A DNA stretch of 63,406 nucleotides, filler included. It is 7 parts of 7 records of this genome, joined end to end, with 100 filler letters (N's around TTAATTAATTAA, not from the genome) between each part and the next. Parts side by side here need not be neighbours in the genome. Positions count along the whole stretch, not along the records: positions 30,740 to 48,399 come from SRR31147125_27620; positions 48,500 to 57,361 come from SRR31147125_27630; 5 more parts are not named here. One strand, given 5' to 3'. Every line of letters starts with the position of its first letter. The first letter of the stretch is position 1. Of the stretch, positions 39,233 to 49,860 are shown in pieces. Made by a program: the position numbers and the translations under genes. The notes below the pieces were generated by a model. That model saw only the letters and a list, made by a program, of their open reading frames with translations. It was not told where the DNA came from and did no database searches.

Positions 39233-41416
39233 GTGCTGTTGAATGCAAGGACAAATAAACAGATTTCTGAGCCTGTTGCGCAATCGCGTCTTTTGATTGT
39301 TGACGATCAGTTATCTCTGTTGCACAGCCTGCAGGCCTTGATGCGGATCAACGGCTATCAGGTGGACCTTGCGCGTAGTGGCGGTGAAGCGATTACCAAG
39401 CTGCAGGATCGCGACTATCAGCTGGTGCTGCTTGACCTTCAGATGCCGGGGATTGATGGTCTTGAGGTTCTCGAATTTATTCAGCAGGCTGGCCTTGAGC
39501 TCGAAGTGATCGTTATCAGCGGCGAAACTTCTTTTTCTACGGTTAAGGAAGCTCTTCGGCTCGGGGCTTTCGATTTTGTCCGTAAGCCCTACAATCCGCA
39601 GGAGTTGCTTAGCGCGGTTGATCGGAGTTTTGATCATCTGCAACAGAAGCAGCAGGAAAGTGTCGTGACACGTCAACTCAGTCAGTCGGAGCGGGTGCAT
39701 AAATTCATTGTCAACAACTCCCCTGACTTTATCTACATGCTCGACAACAGTGGGCGCTTTACCTACGTCAACGAGAAAGTCGAAAAAATTCTCGGTTACA
39801 AACGCAGTGAGCTTCTGGGGCAGCATTTCTCGATGCTGATCCACCCGCATAACGCAGCTGATATCCACAAGTTTTTTAGCGAACAGCGGACCGGAAGCAG
39901 GGCGACGCAGAATGTCGATGTGCGCCTGCTTATCAACCCGCAGATTGAGCAGGACAGCAGTTTGGAGGGAGACGCCCTGGTCGCTGAGCTGAATTCGGTA
40001 GGGTTGTATGAAAGAGATCATGAAGGGGAACGCGTCCATGTCGGGACCCTCGGTTCCGCAAGGGATATTACTGAGCGCAAACGTTCAGAGGAACGGATCA
40101 GTCATCAGGCCTATCACGACATGTTGACCCGGCTGCCGAACCGAGCTCTTTTCAATGATCGGATCAACCAAGCGTTTGCCCACGCCAAACGCAGCGGTGA
40201 GAAGTTTGCGTTGATTTTCATGGATCTGGACCGCTTCAAGCTGATCAACGACACCCTCGGTCACATAATGGGCGATCGCATGCTGCAACTGGTCTCTGAA
40301 CGGATTCTGGACTGTCTCAGAGCCGAGGATACTCTCTGCCGTTTCGGTGGGGATGAGTTTGCGCTGCTGCTGCCGAATGTGACCTCAAAAGAGAGTGTGT
40401 CATCGGTGGCCGAGAAGATCCTCAAGGCGATTCGCGATCCATTCTATCTGAACAACCACGAGCTTTACATCAGTATGAGCCTTGGGATCGCCATGTATCC
40501 GGAAGCGGGGGATTCGCGTGAAAGTCTGTTGCAGAGCGCTGATATTGCCATGTATCAGATCAAGAGCGATGGCAAGGACAGTTACTGCTTCTACAATGAG
40601 TCGATGGCGAACGGGTCCGAGTTTATTTCGGTCGAGCGGGATATGTATCGGGCGCTTGAGAAGCAGCAGTTTCAGGTTTATTTTCAGCCGAAGGTTGATC
40701 CGGATAACCATATGATCGTCGGCATGGAGGCTCTGCTGCGCTGGCACCATCCACAGCGCGGTGTGATATATCCCGACGACTTTATCTCTGTCGCCGAGGA
40801 GTCGAAGCTGATCGTGTCCATTGGTGATTGGACGTTGCGGGCCATCTGTAAAGAGATTGTGCGCTGGCGTAATCAGGGATTACCGAAGATCAGGGTTTCC
40901 CTGAATATTTCTCCCGTTCAGCTGGAACAGAACGATTTTGTTGGCCGTTTTATCAATGTCTTGCAGGAGTATGAGCTGTCAGCCGATACTTTTGAGATCG
41001 AGTTTTCCGAGGAAGGTCTGATGAAGGGGCCCCGAGACATGGGGCAGATTCTTCAGTCGCTGCGTGATTACGGGGTTTCGGTTGCCATCGATGATTTTGG
41101 TCGTGGCTTTTCCTCCTTGAGCTATCTGCAGGATATGCCGATCAATACGTTGAAGATTGATCGTGCTTTCGTTCGCGATATCGATGAACAGACTCCCCAG
41201 TCGAGAGTGGTTGATGGCATCGCCATGATGGCGAAGGGTCTGAACCTGAATCTTGTGGCCGAAGGGGTTGAGAATCTTCGTCAGCTCGATTATCTGAAGA
41301 AGCTTGGCTGTCAGGAGGTCCAGGGTTTTCTCTATGGCAAAGCGGTCTCCGCTCAGGAGACGATGACCATGCTCAAAACGCGTCCCAGTGAAGGACCACA
41401 TTTCAGCGTGTCATAA
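39233..41416 (+). CDS. REC-PAS-GGDEF-EAL c-di-GMP enzyme
   Basis: LLDLQMP, RxxD plus GGDEF, EALLRW, DDFGRGFSSL and AEGVE. Confidence 0.93.
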   Translation: MLLNARTNKQISEPVAQSRLLIVDDQLSLLHSLQALMRINGYQVDLARSGGEAITKLQDRDYQLVLLDLQMPGIDGLEVLEFIQQAGLELEVIVISGETSFSTVKEALRLGAFDFVRKPYNPQELLSAVDRSFDHLQQKQQESVVTRQLSQSERVHKFIVNNSPDFIYMLDNSGRFTYVNEKVEKILGYKRSELLGQHFSMLIHPHNAADIHKFFSEQRTGSRATQNVDVRLLINPQIEQDSSLEGDALVAELNSVGLYERDHEGERVHVGTLGSARDITERKRSEERISHQAYHDMLTRLPNRALFNDRINQAFAHAKRSGEKFALIFMDLDRFKLINDTLGHIMGDRMLQLVSERILDCLRAEDTLCRFGGDEFALLLPNVTSKESVSSVAEKILKAIRDPFYLNNHELYISMSLGIAMYPEAGDSRESLLQSADIAMYQIKSDGKDSYCFYNESMANGSEFISVERDMYRALEKQQFQVYFQPKVDPDNHMIVGMEALLRWHHPQRGVIYPDDFISVAEESKLIVSIGDWTLRAICKEIVRWRNQGLPKIRVSLNISPVQLEQNDFVGRFINVLQEYELSADTFEIEFSEEGLMKGPRDMGQILQSLRDYGVSVAIDDFGRGFSSLSYLQDMPINTLKIDRAFVRDIDEQTPQSRVVDGIAMMAKGLNLNLVAEGVENLRQLDYLKKLGCQEVQGFLYGKAVSAQETMTMLKTRPSEGPHFSVS

Positions 41417-41437
41417 GGCAGACGGTATCCAATGTTG

Positions 41438-41471
41438 AAAAGCCCGGCTGAGTTAATCAGCCGGGCTTTTT
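41438..41471. terminator. Bidirectional terminator
   Basis: AAAAGCCCGGCTGA-GTTAA-TCAGCCGGGCTTTT between convergent genes. Confidence 0.85.
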
Positions 41472-41475
41472 GTCT

Positions 41476-42783
41476 TCAGGAGGGTTCAGGGGTCGCCTGA
41501 CCGAGCAGTTCGGTTATGTGGAGAACAGGTTGTCGCATCTGCGCTTCACGCAGCCCCCAGGCGAGCTGAAGGTGGCAGCCGGGGTTGGCCGTGACCAGAA
41601 TGTCGGCGTCGGTCTGCTTGACGTTGTCCAGCTTGCGGTCAAGGATCTTTTGACTTTCATCCGTGAACTTAAGGCTGAAAGTGGCTGCTGAACCGCAGCA
41701 CCAGCTCGCTTCTTCCATCTCACGAAACTCGATTCCCGGAATCGACTGGATGACCTCACGAGGCTGAAGACTGATGCCCTGTGCGTGGCAAAGGTGGCAG
41801 GGCTCGTGATAGGTGACCACTTTGTTGACCGGCTTCAGCTCTTCGGTTCTGATGCCAACCTCAACGAGGAACTCACTGACATCCTTGATCTTGTTGCGGA
41901 ATTCTTCCAGTCGAGCGTGATCCTGACGCTGTTCCAGAATCTCCTCGTATTCTTTGAGCGCGGATCCGCATCCAGCGCAATCTGTCACGATTGCTTCAGC
42001 GTCGAGCTCCATGAACAGGTCGAGGTTGTGGGTTGCCAGGCTGCGTGTTGTTTCGCGGTCCCCTTCCGTCAGGTGCGGAGCTCCACAACATTTCTGCTGC
42101 TTTGGGGTGATGACATCATAACCCTGGTGGTTCAGAACCCGAACCGTCTGGCGGGACACTTCCGCGTACATCAGGGTCATGACGCAGCCGAGGAAAAATG
42201 CCACTGTACCGCGTTTTTCCGTTGTTGTCGGGCTGAATTCCGGGATCTGCTGGCGTAGCGGTTGATGCATTTCAGGCATCATCCCTTCCGCCTTGTCAAT
42301 CCACTTCGGTGCCAGCTTGAGGATTTTGCTGTGACGGACCAGCCATTGAATGCCGAGTTTCTGGTAGAGGCGTGCCGGGAGCATCGATGTTTCGAGCAGG
42401 TCCGGGCTGGGCAGCATTTTTTGCAGAACAAAACTGCGGAAGCCGGCTTGCCATTTCGGCAACGGTTGCTGCTGATGCGCCTGAGCGCGACAGATTTCCA
42501 TGACTTCGCCGGCTTTTACGCCGGATGGACAGGCTGTCGTGCAAGCGCGGCAGTCGAGACAGAAGAAAGCTTCTTCTTTCATCGCTTCGTTAAAGTCGAG
42601 GTTGCCTTCAGCGACGGCACGAGCCAGGGCGACGCGGCCGCGTGGGCTGGAGCGTTCCCGACCGGTCAGCGAGAAGGTCGGGCAGGTCGGCAGGCAGAAA
42701 CCGCAGCGCATGCACTGCAGAACATCCTCATACTCCGGAGCATCCTGAACGGTGAAATTTCCAAGTTTATTCGGCTCGGACAT
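41476..42783 (-). CDS. glcF: Glycolate/lactate oxidase Fe-S subunit (GlcF-like)
   Basis: Two CxxCxxCxxxCP motifs and two CCG domains. Confidence 0.85.
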   Translation of the reverse strand: MSEPNKLGNFTVQDAPEYEDVLQCMRCGFCLPTCPTFSLTGRERSSPRGRVALARAVAEGNLDFNEAMKEEAFFCLDCRACTTACPSGVKAGEVMEICRAQAHQQQPLPKWQAGFRSFVLQKMLPSPDLLETSMLPARLYQKLGIQWLVRHSKILKLAPKWIDKAEGMMPEMHQPLRQQIPEFSPTTTEKRGTVAFFLGCVMTLMYAEVSRQTVRVLNHQGYDVITPKQQKCCGAPHLTEGDRETTRSLATHNLDLFMELDAEAIVTDCAGCGSALKEYEEILEQRQDHARLEEFRNKIKDVSEFLVEVGIRTEELKPVNKVVTYHEPCHLCHAQGISLQPREVIQSIPGIEFREMEEASWCCGSAATFSLKFTDESQKILDRKLDNVKQTDADILVTANPGCHLQLAWGLREAQMRQPVLHITELLGQATPEPS

Positions 42784-42784
42784 C

Positions 42785-44179
42785 TCATGACTCCTGCGTG
42801 TTGTCAAACATCTTGCCCGGGTTGAGGATGCCTTGTGGATCGAAGGATTCTTTGATTCGCCTCATAACGGCAACACCTCCGGAGCCGATCTGGCGCGCCA
42901 GGTAATCTTTCTTGGCAATGCCGATTCCATGCTCACCGGATACGGTTCCGCCCCACTCAAGGACGCTCTCATACAGTTCATCGTAAAATGCGTGTGCGCG
43001 CTTCATCTCATCTTCATCGCGTTCATCACACAGGACCGTTGGATGCAGGTTGCCGTCGCCAGCGTGGCCGAAGGTGCCGACGGTCAGCTTGTACTTGTCG
43101 GCCAGTTTTTCGATCAGGGCAAAGGTTTCCGGCAGCATGGACCGTGGAACGGTTGCATCTTCGAGCAGTGTCGTCGGTGAAACCCGTGCCAGTGCAGACA
43201 GGGCGGTACGTCGTGCTTCGGCCAATTTAGTGGCTTCGTCAGCGTCTTTAGCGATATGGATCTCAGCGGCACCAACCTTTTCCAGAATCCCCTTGACCGC
43301 TTCAGTTTCTTCGGTGACAACAGCCGGATGGCCATCTACCTCGATCAAAAGCAGGGCGGCCATGTCACGGGGAAGGCCGATTTCAACATAATCTTCGACA
43401 CAGTTGATTGTTGCCTTGTCCATGATTTCCATGGTCGACGGGATAATCTTTGCGGCGATGATCTTTGAAACCGCCTGTCCGGCGGTGCGAATGTCATCAA
43501 AGTAAGTCAGGAACGTGGTTTTGTCCTGTGGAGGCGGAATCAGTTTGACGGTCACCTCAGTGATAATACCGAGAGTTCCTTCGGAGCCGACGAGCAGGTC
43601 TTTGAAGGCATACCCGGCGACGTCTTTGACACTTTTTCCACCTGTGGTGAGCAGTGTCCCATCCGGAAGGACGCACTTCAGAGCCATGACATAGTCACGG
43701 GTCACACCATACTTCAAGCCGCGCAGTCCACCGGCATCTTCCATAACATTCCCGGCCAGGGTTGAAATCTTCTGGGAGCCTGGATCGGGTGGGTAAAACA
43801 GACCCTTTTCAGCAACGGCATTGAACAGATCCAGGGTGACGACGCCTGCTTCGCAGGTCGCGGTCAGGTTTTCCTCATCAATCTCGAGGATGCGGTTGAG
43901 CTTGTTTAGGCAGATAACAATGCCGCCGTCGACAGGGATGCTGCCGCCGGACAGGCCGGTTCCGCTCCCGCGCGGGGTGATCGGAATGCCTTCGTCACGG
44001 GCGATCATCATGACGGCCTGAACTTGCTCGCTGCTGGTCGGATAGACAACGACATCCGGCATGGCGTGCAGCCCGGGAGTCGAGTCGTATCCGAGGACCA
44101 GAAGGTCCTCTTTTTCAGTAATGACGTTTTCCGGAGCGAGCAGATCTTGCAGTTTTGTGACGATTTGATCGGGTATCAT
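42785..44179 (-). CDS. glcD: FAD-linked glycolate/D-lactate oxidase subunit (GlcD-like)
   Basis: RGSGTGLSGG, YPPDPGS, GHAGDGNLH, SGEHGIG and NPGK. Confidence 0.9.
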   Translation of the reverse strand: MIPDQIVTKLQDLLAPENVITEKEDLLVLGYDSTPGLHAMPDVVVYPTSSEQVQAVMMIARDEGIPITPRGSGTGLSGGSIPVDGGIVICLNKLNRILEIDEENLTATCEAGVVTLDLFNAVAEKGLFYPPDPGSQKISTLAGNVMEDAGGLRGLKYGVTRDYVMALKCVLPDGTLLTTGGKSVKDVAGYAFKDLLVGSEGTLGIITEVTVKLIPPPQDKTTFLTYFDDIRTAGQAVSKIIAAKIIPSTMEIMDKATINCVEDYVEIGLPRDMAALLLIEVDGHPAVVTEETEAVKGILEKVGAAEIHIAKDADEATKLAEARRTALSALARVSPTTLLEDATVPRSMLPETFALIEKLADKYKLTVGTFGHAGDGNLHPTVLCDERDEDEMKRAHAFYDELYESVLEWGGTVSGEHGIGIAKKDYLARQIGSGGVAVMRRIKESFDPQGILNPGKMFDNTQES

Positions 44180-44219
44180 AAAGTCCTCAAAAAAAGCTTG
44201 TTTTCAAACAGGTTCAGGT

Positions 44220-45560
44220 TTAGCGACCGAAGAACAAATCGGGGAGCCAAGTGATGATTTGTGGAAAGGTAATCATCAGTGCCAGGCCGACCACTTGAAT
44301 AATAACGAACGGGATAATGCCGCGATAAATGTCGCCCATGGTGTATTCCGGTGGGGCAACCCCTTTAAAGTAGAACAGGGCGTAGCCGAACGGAGGCGTC
44401 AGGAATGACGTCTGCAGGTTGACGCAGACAAGCATGGCGAACCAGAGCGGGTTGAAGTCGAGGTCCATGGCAATCGGGGTGAAGATTGGAACAACGACGA
44501 GCAGGATCGCTGCCCAGTCGATGAACATCCCCATGATGAAGACAACCGCCATCATGATCGCGAGAACGACGTATTCGCTGACGTCCATGCCGAGCAGCAT
44601 GTCGGCAACCACGTCGCCGCCGCCCATACTGAGGAAGACAACGCTGAACAGCTTGCCGCCGACAAACAGGAGCATGATCATGCAAGTGGTACGCAGCGTT
44701 GAATCGCAGGATTGCTTGATGACTTCCCAGTTGAACTTCTTATTGGCGATGGCTAGGACAATCGCACCGAGACAACCAAGTGCAGCCGCTTCAGTCGGTG
44801 TCGCGACACCTGCCAGGATGGTTCCCATAACGGTCAGGATCAGTCCGAACGGCGGAACAAAGCTCTTCATCGTCATGGTGAACTTCTGCATGGCCGAGTA
44901 GGTCCGCTCTTCCACCGGAATAACGGGGCCCAGTGACGGGTTGATAATGCAGCGGATCGCCACGTAGCCCAGGTAGAGACCGGACAGGAGCAGGCCGGGA
45001 AGGATTGCGCCGGCGAACAAGCTGCCGACCGATGTTTCCTTGAGCCCTGTCAGGCCACCGTAGACGACCAGCATGATACTTGGTGGAATCAGGATCCCGA
45101 GGGTTCCAGACGAGCAGATAATTCCGGCCGCCAGGCCGCGGTCGTAGCCGCGTCTCAGGAGCGCTGGTCCTGCCATCAGTCCCATGGCGACGACGGATGC
45201 GCCGATAATCCCTGTGGTCGCGGCAAAGACGGTCGAGACGACGATAACCGCCATTCCCAGTCCGCCCCGCAACCCGCCTAGGACGATATACAGAGCATCA
45301 AACAGACCCTCAGAGACTTTCGAACGGTCAAGAATCTGGGCCATGAAAATAAACAGAGGGATGGCCACCAGGACGTAGTTCTGTGAGATTCCCCAGGCAT
45401 TGTTCGAAAACAGGTCGAGCAGCGCCATGATGTTGCCGCCGTTGTCGATCAGTCCGTAAACGGTCGCAACGGCTGCAAGGGTGATCGCCAGAGGATGCCC
45501 AAGGGTGATCATGACCATCAGGGTGACAAACATTAAAACTGTAAGTATTTCCGGACTCAT
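44220..45560 (-). CDS. dctM: TRAP large permease
   Basis: GTLGILIPPSI, TPTEAAA and FLTPPFG. Confidence 0.93.
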   Translation of the reverse strand: MSPEILTVLMFVTLMVMITLGHPLAITLAAVATVYGLIDNGGNIMALLDLFSNNAWGISQNYVLVAIPLFIFMAQILDRSKVSEGLFDALYIVLGGLRGGLGMAVIVVSTVFAATTGIIGASVVAMGLMAGPALLRRGYDRGLAAGIICSSGTLGILIPPSIMLVVYGGLTGLKETSVGSLFAGAILPGLLLSGLYLGYVAIRCIINPSLGPVIPVEERTYSAMQKFTMTMKSFVPPFGLILTVMGTILAGVATPTEAAALGCLGAIVLAIANKKFNWEVIKQSCDSTLRTTCMIMLLFVGGKLFSVVFLSMGGGDVVADMLLGMDVSEYVVLAIMMAVVFIMGMFIDWAAILLVVVPIFTPIAMDLDFNPLWFAMLVCVNLQTSFLTPPFGYALFYFKGVAPPEYTMGDIYRGIIPFVIIQVVGLALMITFPQIITWLPDLFFGR

Positions 45561-45597
45561 GTACTTATCTCCAGATCATCTAGGAATGATCGATTTT

Positions 45598-46098
45598 TTA
45601 ATCTTTGAGGGAACGAAAATCACTGATCAGCTTCGAGATTCCCTGTAGGAAAAGCAGGCAGAAGCCGATTGCCATAATGGTTTTAAACGGGTAGAGCGGA
45701 GGAGCCCAGGAGGTGGATGCACGCTCCCAGTTTTCCCACGAGTTGGCCGCATAACGCACTGCCCCGATCGACAGCATGCCGATGGTCGGGATGAAGAGAA
45801 CGATGTTGATGATGATTCTCAACGTTGCGCGCGGTTTCTTCGCCAGCCGCGATTCAAAAATATCAATGGCAACGTGACCGTCATTCTTGTGGGTGTAGGC
45901 AAAACCCAGGGCGAAATGGCAGCCGTAGATAATGGTTGTTGCTTCAAACGCCCACTTGGTTGGGGCATTGAGCAGGTAACGCATAATAACTTCGTAGACA
46001 ACAATGATGATCAGAGGCAGAGCCAGATAGGCTGTAAACTGGCCAACTTTGTTGTTCAGAGTGTTAATTCCGTTTTCAATCGATGACATCATAGCCAT
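45598..46098 (-). CDS. dctQ: TRAP small permease
   Basis: YEVIMRY and GHVAIDI motifs, 4 TM segments; likely start at 46098. Confidence 0.9.
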   Translation of the reverse strand: MAMMSSIENGINTLNNKVGQFTAYLALPLIIIVVYEVIMRYLLNAPTKWAFEATTIIYGCHFALGFAYTHKNDGHVAIDIFESRLAKKPRATLRIIINIVLFIPTIGMLSIGAVRYAANSWENWERASTSWAPPLYPFKTIMAIGFCLLFLQGISKLISDFRSLKD

Positions 46099-46255
46099 AG
46101 GTGCTTCTCGCTTTGCAGTGAGGAATATTCGCAGGATGCTGAAAAAAGATTTTCTGGTCGTTGTGGCAGATCGTTTTTCAACAGTCCGTTCGTGCGTGGT
46201 TAAACGATGAGGCGGAGGCTTCGCAGCCTCCGCCATCAGTTATTACAGGTAAGAT

Positions 46256-47410
46256 TTAGTACTGCTTGCCGGCGATGTAATCATCGATCGGCCATGGCTC
46301 AACGCCACTGCGCTGCTCACGCCAGGTTGCGAAGTCTTTCTTGAACTGCTCTTGAGAATCGAGAGCTTTCTTGACGTCCGGATGCTTGGCTTTGACGCGC
46401 TCGAGGTAGTCTTTGGTCTTTGCGGCAAAAGCACTGCGGGTTTCTTTGTCCATGGTGACAAATTCAATTTTTTCTTTGAACTTGTTGATCGCCTGAACGT
46501 TCAGGTTCTCGATCCAGGAGTTGGACCATGCCTGAGTTTCGCGAGCGGCAATTTCAACAATCCACTTCAGGTCAGCAGGAAGCTCGTTCCATGCGTCCTT
46601 GTTGAAGAACAGACCACACTGGATGCCTGGCTGGTGAACACCCGGCTCGATGACGTACTTGGTGATTTCGTCAAAACCCATCGGGTAGTTGATGGCAGGT
46701 GAAGAGAACTCAGCCGCATCGATAACGCCACGCTCGAGAGCGAGATAAACTTCGCCGCCCGGCAGTGGAGTAACAGAAGCGCCCAGCTCATTCATGATGT
46801 CCATGAACCAGCCCGGAGTCCGCAGGCGCATGCCTTTGAAGTCTTCCATCTTGGATGCTTTTTTGTTGGAGAAGAGGCCCATCTCCTGACCACCCTGGCC
46901 ACCAGGGAGGACGTGGAGGTTGTAACGGCCATAGAGTTCCTGCATCTGCTCGAGACCGCCACGCTCATAAAGCCAGATGTTGTAACCTTCTGCATCGAGT
47001 CCGAATGGAACAGAAGCGAATGCAACGAAAGCTTCGTTCTTGCCTTTCCAGTAACCAGGCCAGTCGTGACCTACCTGAGCGGAGCCCTTGCTGACAGCAT
47101 CGAAAGATTCCATGGCGCCAACAAGCTCACCAGCGGAGAAGACTTTGATATCGAGACGGCCGCCTGAGGCGAGCTTGACAGAGTCAGCAAAGTGCTGAGC
47201 CATATCGAAGAAGAGCAGACCTTTGGACCATGGCATGACCATTTTCCAGCGGATCTTCTCATCAGATGTCTTGATTTTACGGAGTTCTTTCTTGACGGCT
47301 TCGTGACGCTGGTCTGTCCCGAATTTCTCTCTCTTGGCGGCAAATGCGTTCGGTGCAAGTGCCAGGGTCAGGATCAGAACCAGACCGATGAACAACTTCA
47401 GCTTTTTCAT
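46256..47410 (-). CDS. dctP: TRAP solute-binding protein (monocarboxylate/TakP-like)
   Basis: YWKGKN, VPFG, RLRTPG and LPGGEVYLALERGVIDAAEF. Confidence 0.93.
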   Translation of the reverse strand: MKKLKLFIGLVLILTLALAPNAFAAKREKFGTDQRHEAVKKELRKIKTSDEKIRWKMVMPWSKGLLFFDMAQHFADSVKLASGGRLDIKVFSAGELVGAMESFDAVSKGSAQVGHDWPGYWKGKNEAFVAFASVPFGLDAEGYNIWLYERGGLEQMQELYGRYNLHVLPGGQGGQEMGLFSNKKASKMEDFKGMRLRTPGWFMDIMNELGASVTPLPGGEVYLALERGVIDAAEFSSPAINYPMGFDEITKYVIEPGVHQPGIQCGLFFNKDAWNELPADLKWIVEIAARETQAWSNSWIENLNVQAINKFKEKIEFVTMDKETRSAFAAKTKDYLERVKAKHPDVKKALDSQEQFKKDFATWREQRSGVEPWPIDDYIAGKQY

Positions 47411-47484
47411 GTGTTCCTCCTTGTTTGGGTTCTTGTCTCTCAGACAAATGATGGTGATGGCAAAAAGTAGATCGACTTGATTAT

Positions 47485-47556
47485 CTGTCCACTTTGCAAA
47501 ATAAATGGTATGACCAATAAGGTGGACAGGCTAGTTTAACTTTTATTTTGTGTCAA
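47485..47556 (-). promoter_or_regulatory. Promoter with FadR-subfamily (LldR/GlcC-like) operator
   Basis: TGGTATGACCA (47506-47516) flanked by CTGTCCAC/GTGGACAG; TTGACA-17 bp-TAGCCT on the minus strand. Confidence 0.6.
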
Positions 47557-47604
47557 GGAATAAAACATTGTTCCGTTCTCACAATTAAAAAAAGTGTCTG
47601 GGTT

Positions 47605-48399
47605 TCAGGTGTGAGAATCATCCTCGGTACCATGGTCTAAAGCCATGGATCGCAACTTGCGAGCCGCGCTGGCTTGACTGATTCCGAGCGCAGCGGCAAT
47701 TCTCCGAGTTGTTCCGAACTGTTTTTTGGCCTGCGTCAGAATGTCGCGCTCATGTTCTTTGAGCATTTTCTTCAGGCCGATGTTTTGAGGTATGGATGTT
47801 TTGAGGGCTGGAATGTCGACCTTGTCCCAACTGATCACGTTGTCCATACAGGTCACAATACTGCGTTCTACCGTATTCTCCAGCTCTCGAATGTTGCCTT
47901 TCCAGGGCATGCTGATCATGTGATTGACCAGGGCTTCGGTAAACTTTTTATAGCTGTTGTACTTACGATTGTACTTATCCGTGAAATGCTGAATCAGCGT
48001 CGGGATATCTTCCCGTCTTTCCCTGAGAGGTGGAATGTTAATCGGCACGACATTAAGACGGTAGTAGAGGTCTTCGCGAAACTTCCCCTCACTGACAAGG
48101 GTCGCCAGATCTTTATTGGTCGCAGCGATCAGGCGGATATCGACATGCTGAAGGGTGCGGCCTCCGACCCGATAGAATGATTTCTCCTGAATAGCACCCA
48201 GCAGTTTTGATTGCAGGTGGAGCGGAAGCTCAGAAATCTCATCCAGAAAAACAGTGCCTCCCCGAGCCATTTCAAACAGGCCAACCTTTCCCTTGCTGTC
48301 GGCCCCGGTAAAAGCGCCGGACTCGTATCCAAAGAGTTCCGCCTCGATCAGGTTTTCCGGGATCGCGGCACAGTTGATTTGCATGAGTGCCTTGTTTTT
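47605..48399 (-). CDS. Sigma54-interaction-domain regulator, 5'-truncated
   Basis: [25 protein letters not shown] and a C-terminal HTH. Confidence 0.92.
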   Translation of the reverse strand, partial: KNKALMQINCAAIPENLIEAELFGYESGAFTGADSKGKVGLFEMARGGTVFLDEISELPLHLQSKLLGAIQEKSFYRVGGRTLQHVDIRLIAATNKDLATLVSEGKFREDLYYRLNVVPINIPPLRERREDIPTLIQHFTDKYNRKYNSYKKFTEALVNHMISMPWKGNIRELENTVERSIVTCMDNVISWDKVDIPALKTSIPQNIGLKKMLKEHERDILTQAKKQFGTTRRIAAALGISQASAARKLRSMALDHGTEDDSHT

Positions 48400-48499
48400 N
48401 NNNNNNNNNNNNNNNNNNNNNNNNNNNNNNNNNNNNNNNNNNNTTAATTAATTAANNNNNNNNNNNNNNNNNNNNNNNNNNNNNNNNNNNNNNNNNNNN
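48400..48499. other. Artificial contig linker
   Basis: N-run with TTAATTAATTAA. Confidence 0.99.
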
Positions 48500-48666
48500 T
48501 AGTAATATCTTATGGAGCTTGGACTCCCTTTTAAGGGATAAGGGGGCTAAGCCTGGTATTGTCAATCTCTTTGGGCGGGACAGTCTATTTATGCTTTTTT
48601 TGTGCATGCCTATAGAAATGCTGAAGGTTGTTTTAAAACATGCAGATATTATAGAGGTTGTCGCGT

Positions 48667-48708
48667 TTCGTAGTGGAACGGATAACATTCGTAGTGGAAC
48701 GGATAACA
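48667..48708. repeat. Perfect 21-bp tandem duplication
   Basis: TTCGTAGTGGAACGGATAACA x2. Confidence 0.95.
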
Positions 48709-48728
48709 AAGGTGAGGCTCGTTAGAGA

Positions 48729-49076
48729 ATGGCAATCTTCTACATCGCACTATCTGTTTGTATAATTACAATTTCCATCAAACTATACAGAGTGAAAGAC
48801 TTTTCCTTGGCGTTTCTTCTGTTTTGGGTTCTCATAGGGACAGCACTCTTCATCAATGCTGTGTTTCCAAGCGTACTTGAGTTCTTTTTAAGCTTTTTTT
48901 ATAAAGGCCCCAAGATTCATTTTGCCGTCATTGTTTCGATTATTATTCTTTTCCTTATCATACTTAAGCTTTCGGTTGTCATCGTCCGTTCAAACAAAAG
49001 AATAGAAAGGTTGGCAAGAGAGCACGCATTGCTTTCAAACTATATTAGTGAGCGAACCGACAAGGGGCGTAGGTAA
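48729..49076 (+). CDS. DUF2304-like small membrane protein
   Basis: Three TM segments, FPS motif, C-terminal IERLAREHALL; adjacent to a GT2. Confidence 0.75.
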   Translation: MAIFYIALSVCIITISIKLYRVKDFSLAFLLFWVLIGTALFINAVFPSVLEFFLSFFYKGPKIHFAVIVSIIILFLIILKLSVVIVRSNKRIERLAREHALLSNYISERTDKGRR

Positions 49077-49139
49077 CGCATGGATGGCTACCGCATTGAT
49101 TGCGAAGAGGAATGCAATACAGAAAATGGACAGTTCTAT

Positions 49140-49840
49140 ATGAAAGTTCTTGTAAAAATTGCCGCATATGATGAGGAAAAAAATCTGGGTCATGTACTGA
49201 AACAAATGCCTGATAATATAGATGTCCTTGTCATTGATGACGGATCGACCGATAGAACTTCCGCTATAGCCCTTGAGCACGGCGCGCATTTGATTAAACA
49301 TCCGGTTAATCTGGGACAGGGGGCTGCAGATATTACAGGGTTCATGTGGGCACTGGAAAACGACTATGACATTGTCATAGAGATGGACGGAGATGGTCAG
49401 CACAGTCCCAATGATATCCCACGTTTCATTGAACATATTGCAGCCTCAGGAGCCGATATTGTTACCGGGTCCCGTATTCGGGGATCGGCTCATGAAGATA
49501 ACTCACAGATCCGTAGGTTTTTTTGCCTACATTCACCCGTATAATAAATATTGCCACCGGGTATGAGTTGACAGATGGAATGTGCGGTTTTAAATTGTAT
49601 AAAATGTCCGTCATTAGGGAGCATCGGGATATATTCCATAAAATATTGGAACCGCAGTATCTGGCCAGTGAACTTTATATCCGTTTTGCACGCCGGGGCT
49701 TAACGGTAGAGGAAATACCCATTCATGTAGATAAACGTATGACAGGGCAATCAAGAAAGGGATTGGTTAAATACGGGGTCCGTGTTTTAGGAATTATTCT
49801 TTTTCTGCTTGTTGAACGGTATCTAAAAACAAGTGATTAA
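49140..49840 (+). CDS. Family 2 glycosyltransferase (DPM1-like), frameshifted at T7 49518-49524
   Basis: VIDDGSTD, NLGQG, MDGDGQH and GSR, then TDGMCGFK and RMTGQS in the -1 frame. Confidence 0.85.
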
Positions 49841-49860
49841 AAGTGGTTTGGGTGAAATGA

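Noticed and set aside
48667-48708. Mini CRISPR array
   Set aside because: Two abutting copies with no spacer.
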